Positions 60,152-64,000 of a stretch of 64,000 bases of DNA are shown in pieces. The position numbers were made by a program, and so were the translations under genes. Positions within the stretch are counted from its first letter, which is position 1; each line of letters opens with the position of its first letter. The notes under the pieces were generated by a model. It was not told where the DNA came from. It searched no databases and saw only the letters and a list, made by a program, of their open reading frames with translations. Source of the DNA: Patescibacteria group bacterium (lineage in GTDB: Bacteria > Patescibacteriota > Patescibacteriia > Buchananbacterales > UBA6539); NCBI GenBank assembly GCA_028688055.1, contig JAQTYZ010000003.1, positions 66,752 to 130,751 of the forward strand. The letters are read 5' to 3'.

Positions 60152-61201
60152 TTATAATTCGTCATCAACTTGAATCAGCGGTTTATAGATCCATTGTGGT
60201 GATCCAGTAACTCTAATCCAGTCGCCTTTAATCTCATAAATTTCAATTTTTCCTTTATTGAATTGAGTAACCACGCCATAATTTAGGCCCGGGCCTTTGC
60301 GGACATTAACTTTGTCGCGAAGAATTGTTCCGGTCGGTAAATGAGGATAGGCCGCCATCAAGTGCGGCAACATCCGTCCCGGCTCGACAAAATATTGTCC
60401 CGGCAAATTATAAGCGCAAGTCGCGCTGGCACCGCCATCGGCTTGGAGTTGATTTTCGAGGGGCACGCCGGCGGCCAGCAACGCGTTGCGCGCTTCTTGG
60501 GTTGAGGCGCCGCGACTGCAATAAACGACTAACTCTTTGCCGTCGGCGCGGACGCCGACAAACGAGCGGGCAATGCCGTCGTTATCGCTTTTGGCCGTAA
60601 CGGTTGGCGTAAAACCTTCAACGGCCTGATCGCCACTTGATAAAAATGTATTCGCGTCGAAATCCAAAATTTCGGCCGTACCGATTTTATTATCAATAAT
60701 TAACATCCGACGACTCTGCACCATATCCCAAGACGGGCGACTGCCACTGGTGATATATGGACTGGGGCCAAGGGTTGATTTTAGCGCCAAGCTTAAATCA
60801 GTGCTGGTACCGGTAATATTAAAAAATGGCATGTTCCACATAAACTGCGCGCTAGGATTTTGAGTTTTGGTTTGCTCCACCACCATTTTTGGAAAGACCC
60901 AATTGCTAACCGTTGGCAAATTAAACGGCGAGGGCGCATCGCCCCAAACTGTTTGCGGGGTGGATGAGGTAATTAATTTAATCTGCGCGTAAGGTAGATA
61001 AATGACGGTTAAGTAATCGATATAGCCGTTACCGGTTTGCGGTTTGAAAAAAGTCGCCACGCCACGCGCCTTGGCCCACGTTAGAGGGGTGAAGCCGTCA
61101 GGTGCAGCGGCGGACCAAGTTTTGGTCGCGGCGGGCGTCGCGGCGGGTAAAATGAGGACGGCAAAAAGAATAAGGAGTAATCCGGCAAATGTTTTTTTCA
61201 T
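60152..61201 (-). CDS. Secreted DUF2233 (phosphodiester glycosidase-like) protein with C-terminal SH3b domain
   Basis: Signal peptide; C-terminal SH3b-like NVRKGPGLNYGVV...GDWIRV. Confidence 0.5.
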   Translation of the reverse strand: MKKTFAGLLLILFAVLILPAATPAATKTWSAAAPDGFTPLTWAKARGVATFFKPQTGNGYIDYLTVIYLPYAQIKLITSSTPQTVWGDAPSPFNLPTVSNWVFPKMVVEQTKTQNPSAQFMWNMPFFNITGTSTDLSLALKSTLGPSPYITSGSRPSWDMVQSRRMLIIDNKIGTAEILDFDANTFLSSGDQAVEGFTPTVTAKSDNDGIARSFVGVRADGKELVVYCSRGASTQEARNALLAAGVPLENQLQADGGASATCAYNLPGQYFVEPGRMLPHLMAAYPHLPTGTILRDKVNVRKGPGLNYGVVTQFNKGKIEIYEIKGDWIRVTGSPQWIYKPLIQVDDEL

Positions 61202-61317
61202 ATGTTTATTTTTGAGAGTTTAAAGTTACTCTATTATAGCACGAATTAGTTTTAAGATGAAAAGAATGATAATTTTTGGTATACTAAATCAAGTCCTAAA
61301 AATTAAACTTAGACGAT

Positions 61318-61530
61318 ATGATTTTTGAACATCAGTTCAAAGCCAAAAAAATTTTGTTATTGATTGCCTTGATAATTCTAGTTGGTGGTGTTGGTTATTA
61401 TTTTTGGCAGGCCAATAGCCAGCCGTCAAATTTAGTGGCTTGTACTATGGAAGCAAAACTTTGTCCGGATGGTACCGCGGTTGGACGCACCGGACCGAAC
61501 TGCGAATTCGCGCCGTGTCCAGTGCGCTAA
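61318..61530 (+). CDS. Small TM-anchored Cys-rich protein
   Basis: TM helix plus four Cys. Confidence 0.3.
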   Translation: MIFEHQFKAKKILLLIALIILVGGVGYYFWQANSQPSNLVACTMEAKLCPDGTAVGRTGPNCEFAPCPVR

Positions 61531-61692
61531 TTATCATGAACCGAAAAAAAATAATTGTACGGCTGCGAGTGGTTAAGCGTTTTTTCAATCAAGGGGAATA
61601 ATAGTGCCTAATATTTTTTTAACCTTGCCAAAGAGGCATTTTTTTGTTATAGTTAAATGAAGTGATAATTTATTAGAAATTATCAACCTATT

Positions 61693-62523
61693 ATGTCCGA
61701 AGGAGAAAGTCGCTATTCTAATTATGAGGCAGACAAAAGGCCGGTCGAACCGGGGCTTCCTTTATTGGTTAAGAATTTTGATGTGGTCCGAGCCGGCGAG
61801 GTGACTAAGCCGTCGCTGGAATCTTTTCCCGCCCTATTGGATTCAGTTAAGTATCGCCAACATTGTTTTGAAGAAACAAAAAAGGCCTGGTTAGATCAAT
61901 ACAACCCGGAGGAATTATTGGCTCATGTCAGCTCCAAGCCAAATAAGGAGCATTATAAATACCAGAAGCGAGTCAGGAAGTATGGATCGATGCTACTTAA
62001 TATGTATCGATTTTTTGATGTCTCACATACTTCCCCGGATAAGTTGCATCAACTAGTGGTTGATCTGGGAAATCTCAACGATCGATATCAAACCAGACGA
62101 CAGGAAAAATTATCCGATGTTGTCACTGATGAAATTTATTCCGTTGAGCAAAGTTATGAAATCGAATATGCCGGCGATCAAGACTTTCAAGATTATTGCC
62201 AAAAACAGTTGCAAGAACTTGAACAGTATTGCCAGAGTGAAACTTTGGCGTTAGAAGATTTTCATATTTTTAGAAAAAAAATAAGAATGTTTGCCAATTT
62301 AATTCAGACCGCGGCCGTGGAAGATCTGGCCGGCGGACCGCATTGGTTATTTTTAAAACTTGATGGATTATCCGGCCGGCTGGGTGAAATTATTGATGAT
62401 TTAAGAGGCAAACAATTAATGTCGGAAGTTGATGCGCGACTTGAGGTTCCACTAGCTGACAGTGACGTTGCCGACTTTGAGGAAAGTTTGCCTTATCTAA
62501 AAAAGGCGATTGGTTTAGAGTAG
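61693..62523 (+). CDS. Hypothetical protein
   Basis: ORF only. Confidence 0.35.
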   Translation: MSEGESRYSNYEADKRPVEPGLPLLVKNFDVVRAGEVTKPSLESFPALLDSVKYRQHCFEETKKAWLDQYNPEELLAHVSSKPNKEHYKYQKRVRKYGSMLLNMYRFFDVSHTSPDKLHQLVVDLGNLNDRYQTRRQEKLSDVVTDEIYSVEQSYEIEYAGDQDFQDYCQKQLQELEQYCQSETLALEDFHIFRKKIRMFANLIQTAAVEDLAGGPHWLFLKLDGLSGRLGEIIDDLRGKQLMSEVDARLEVPLADSDVADFEESLPYLKKAIGLE

Positions 62524-62557
62524 TAGCGATGATTTATAATTTAAGTGTCAGCCACCG

Positions 62558-63142
62558 ATGGGGGCGATGTTTTTTCAAGTCGCTAATAAAATATTAATTA
62601 TGAACCAAGAATATTTAGACTGTGTTAATGACAGTAATGAGCCGAGTGGCGAAAAAAAACTCCGATCGGAGATTCATGCCGATGGTGATTGGCATCGTGT
62701 CGTCCATATTTATTTTTTTCGTAAAGTTGGTGAGACCTTTAATTTTTTAGTCCACTTGCGCTCAAAAAGCAAAGACTCCAGTCCGAACAAATGGGACACG
62801 CGTTTTGGCGGCCACCTCAAAAGTGGTGAAACGGTTGCGGGGGCAGTTATTTCGGAAATTAAAGAAGAGCTTGGTTATGATCTCGACTTAAGTAAATTAA
62901 TTAAGGGACAGCTGGTGCGAAAAAAGCGCGCGGGCAACAACGAATTCACTTATATTTTTTATTATCCGTTTGATGGTGATTTAAGCGAATTAAGTTTTGT
63001 CGATAATGAGGTGTCGGAAGTGAAATGGCTGACTAGCGACCAGATCGTTGCGGAACTAGAAGATAATGATCAAGCTTGGTCACCGAGCACGAAATCATTT
63101 GCCTATATTTTTGACTATTTGAAAAGCATTCTTGAAAAGTAA
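62558..63142 (+). CDS. NUDIX hydrolase (start possibly at MNQEY, 62600)
   Basis: GGHLKSGETVAGAVISEIKEELG. Confidence 0.7.
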   Translation: MGAMFFQVANKILIMNQEYLDCVNDSNEPSGEKKLRSEIHADGDWHRVVHIYFFRKVGETFNFLVHLRSKSKDSSPNKWDTRFGGHLKSGETVAGAVISEIKEELGYDLDLSKLIKGQLVRKKRAGNNEFTYIFYYPFDGDLSELSFVDNEVSEVKWLTSDQIVAELEDNDQAWSPSTKSFAYIFDYLKSILEK

Positions 63143-63144
63143 TA

Positions 63145-63654
63145 ATGAAATTATTAAAAACCATTAATTTTAGCGATATCAGCAAACCGGACATTTCGCA
63201 ATATCGAATTCGTACGGCGGCGCGAGCGGTGGTGGTTGATGCCGAAAACAAGCTGGCGTTGTTGTTTGTTTCGGCTTATGGTTATCATAAACTTCCTGGC
63301 GGTGGCGTTGAAGTCGGTGAAACAATTATTCAGGCTTTAAAACGAGAATGCCTCGAAGAAATCGGTTGTGATATTATCGTGGGCCAAGAAGTTGGTGCCA
63401 TTATTGAAATCAGAACTAAACTCTCATTTAAACAGGAATCATTTTGTTTTTTGGCAAAGGTTGCTGGCCCGAAGCGGCCGCCGAAATTTGATCCAGAAGA
63501 AATCGCGGAAGGTCTTGAATTAAAATGGGTGGCCATTGATGAAGCAATTAAATTAATCAAAGGTGATAAGTCTCTTAGTTACCGGGGTAAATTTATTAGA
63601 GACCGTGATCTAACATTTTTAACCGCGGCGGTAAGCCAGCTTGGTTTGTTATAA
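63145..63654 (+). CDS. NUDIX hydrolase
   Basis: LPGGGVEVGETIIQALKRECLEEIG. Confidence 0.75.
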   Translation: MKLLKTINFSDISKPDISQYRIRTAARAVVVDAENKLALLFVSAYGYHKLPGGGVEVGETIIQALKRECLEEIGCDIIVGQEVGAIIEIRTKLSFKQESFCFLAKVAGPKRPPKFDPEEIAEGLELKWVAIDEAIKLIKGDKSLSYRGKFIRDRDLTFLTAAVSQLGLL

Positions 63655-63694
63655 AAATTATAGCTTTATTAATATTTAAAAAAATGCTCCACGA

Positions 63695-63736
63695 CGATAC
63701 CAACTGGTAAGGTCGTGGAGCATATTGGAATTTCCC
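63695..63736 (-). terminator. Terminator for a minus-strand gene (12-bp stem; U-run on the minus strand)
   Basis: ATGCTCCACGAC...GTCGTGGAGCAT, preceded on the plus strand by AAAAAAA. Confidence 0.55.
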
Positions 63737-63750
63737 TCCAAACTTAGACT

Positions 63751-64000
63751 TGGCCGCTTGAGGACGATTTTCGCTCCGGCATTTTCTTCTCCGGAGCTGG
63801 CGGTAGATCGGACGGCGGAGTGCCGCCAAGGTTCTCCAAAGCCTTGGCCTCGGCCGCGCTGCCACTAGGCGCAATGACGAGAACAAGCAACCACTCGTCG
63901 GTGGTTTTGGCGGTCTTGGCTATGCCGTCGATTGCCTTGGTTTCAAGGTTACTGTCGGACGGCGTTATTGAATAAATGGTTCCCCAGTCGAGAAAGTTGT
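63751..64000 (-). CDS. 3' end of an unidentified minus-strand gene that runs beyond the window; Pro/Ser-rich tail
   Basis: Open minus-strand frame reading ...LETKAIDGIAKTAKTTDEWLLVLVIAPSGSAAEAKALENLGGTPP...; stop at 63748-63750. Confidence 0.4.

Noticed and set aside
63596-63886. Arg-rich 96-aa minus-strand ORF
   Set aside because: Low-complexity Arg/Pro composition in the wrong frame of a better minus-strand CDS (63751-64000+) that ends at a clean terminator.

Overview
This is an AT-rich (~38% GC) bacterial genome window with short genes and tight operons, which is consistent with a small-genome, CPR-like organism; that assignment is inference only.

**Positions 1 to 21.8 kb (plus strand).** This part carries a complete type IV pilus locus. 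It contains pilM (C-terminal part), pilN-like, pilO-like, pilB, a CheY-like receiver, a PilT-like ATPase with degenerate catalytic motifs, pilC, pilD, several minor pilins and two major pilin genes. The two pilin genes share an identical promoter, 5' UTR and first ~170 nt of coding sequence. Two GT-C membrane glycosyltransferase-like genes (YfhO family, DUF2723) and a SAM methyltransferase sit between the two pilin cassettes. Housekeeping genes ligA, gatC, gatA and a DsbA-like gene follow.

**Positions 21.8 to 28.3 kb (minus strand).** This part encodes small hydrolases (alpha/beta hydrolase, DUF45, histidine phosphatase, HD, two NUDIX, CYTH) and two tRNA-Ser genes.

**Positions 28.4 to 31.5 kb.** dnaG and rpoD.

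**The tRNA-Asn locus.**
- There is an intact tRNA-Asn(GTT).
- A degenerate 5' tRNA-Asn fragment lies upstream, and a small GIY-YIG nuclease ORF sits between the two. Both are preceded by the same 36-nt direct repeat.
- A second tRNA-Asn(GTT) copy is interrupted in its anticodon loop by a 221-nt group I intron with recognisable R/S (P7) elements.

**The ~20 kb phage-like integrated island (about 32.5 to 53.0 kb).** A large serine recombinase gene lies directly after the tRNAs, at the start of the island. The island contains:
- a Type II R-M candidate (PD-(D/E)xK protein plus EcoRI-family MTase);
- a DUF262-HNH (GmrSD-like) protein, a ParB-like protein and a Dam MTase;
- a complete diversity-generating retroelement (DGR) with target gene, VR, TR, Avd and RT. 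VR and TR differ at 16 positions, all at TR adenines. The RT reading frame is broken exactly at a (GA)12 microsatellite;
- terminase-like genes and two beta-class MTases, one fused to a ParB domain;
- a four-gene operon: LexA/S24-like repressor, TM protein, CD-NTase (SMODS) and E2-like protein. This looks like a CBASS type II-short system.

**Positions 53.2 to 64.0 kb.** pheS (no pheT downstream), MazG, four more NUDIX genes, two SAM MTases, an ABC-F ATPase, a nucleoside 2-deoxyribosyltransferase-like gene and a DUF2233/SH3b secreted protein. A partial minus-strand CDS runs off the right edge of the window.

No rRNA genes or CRISPR arrays were seen.
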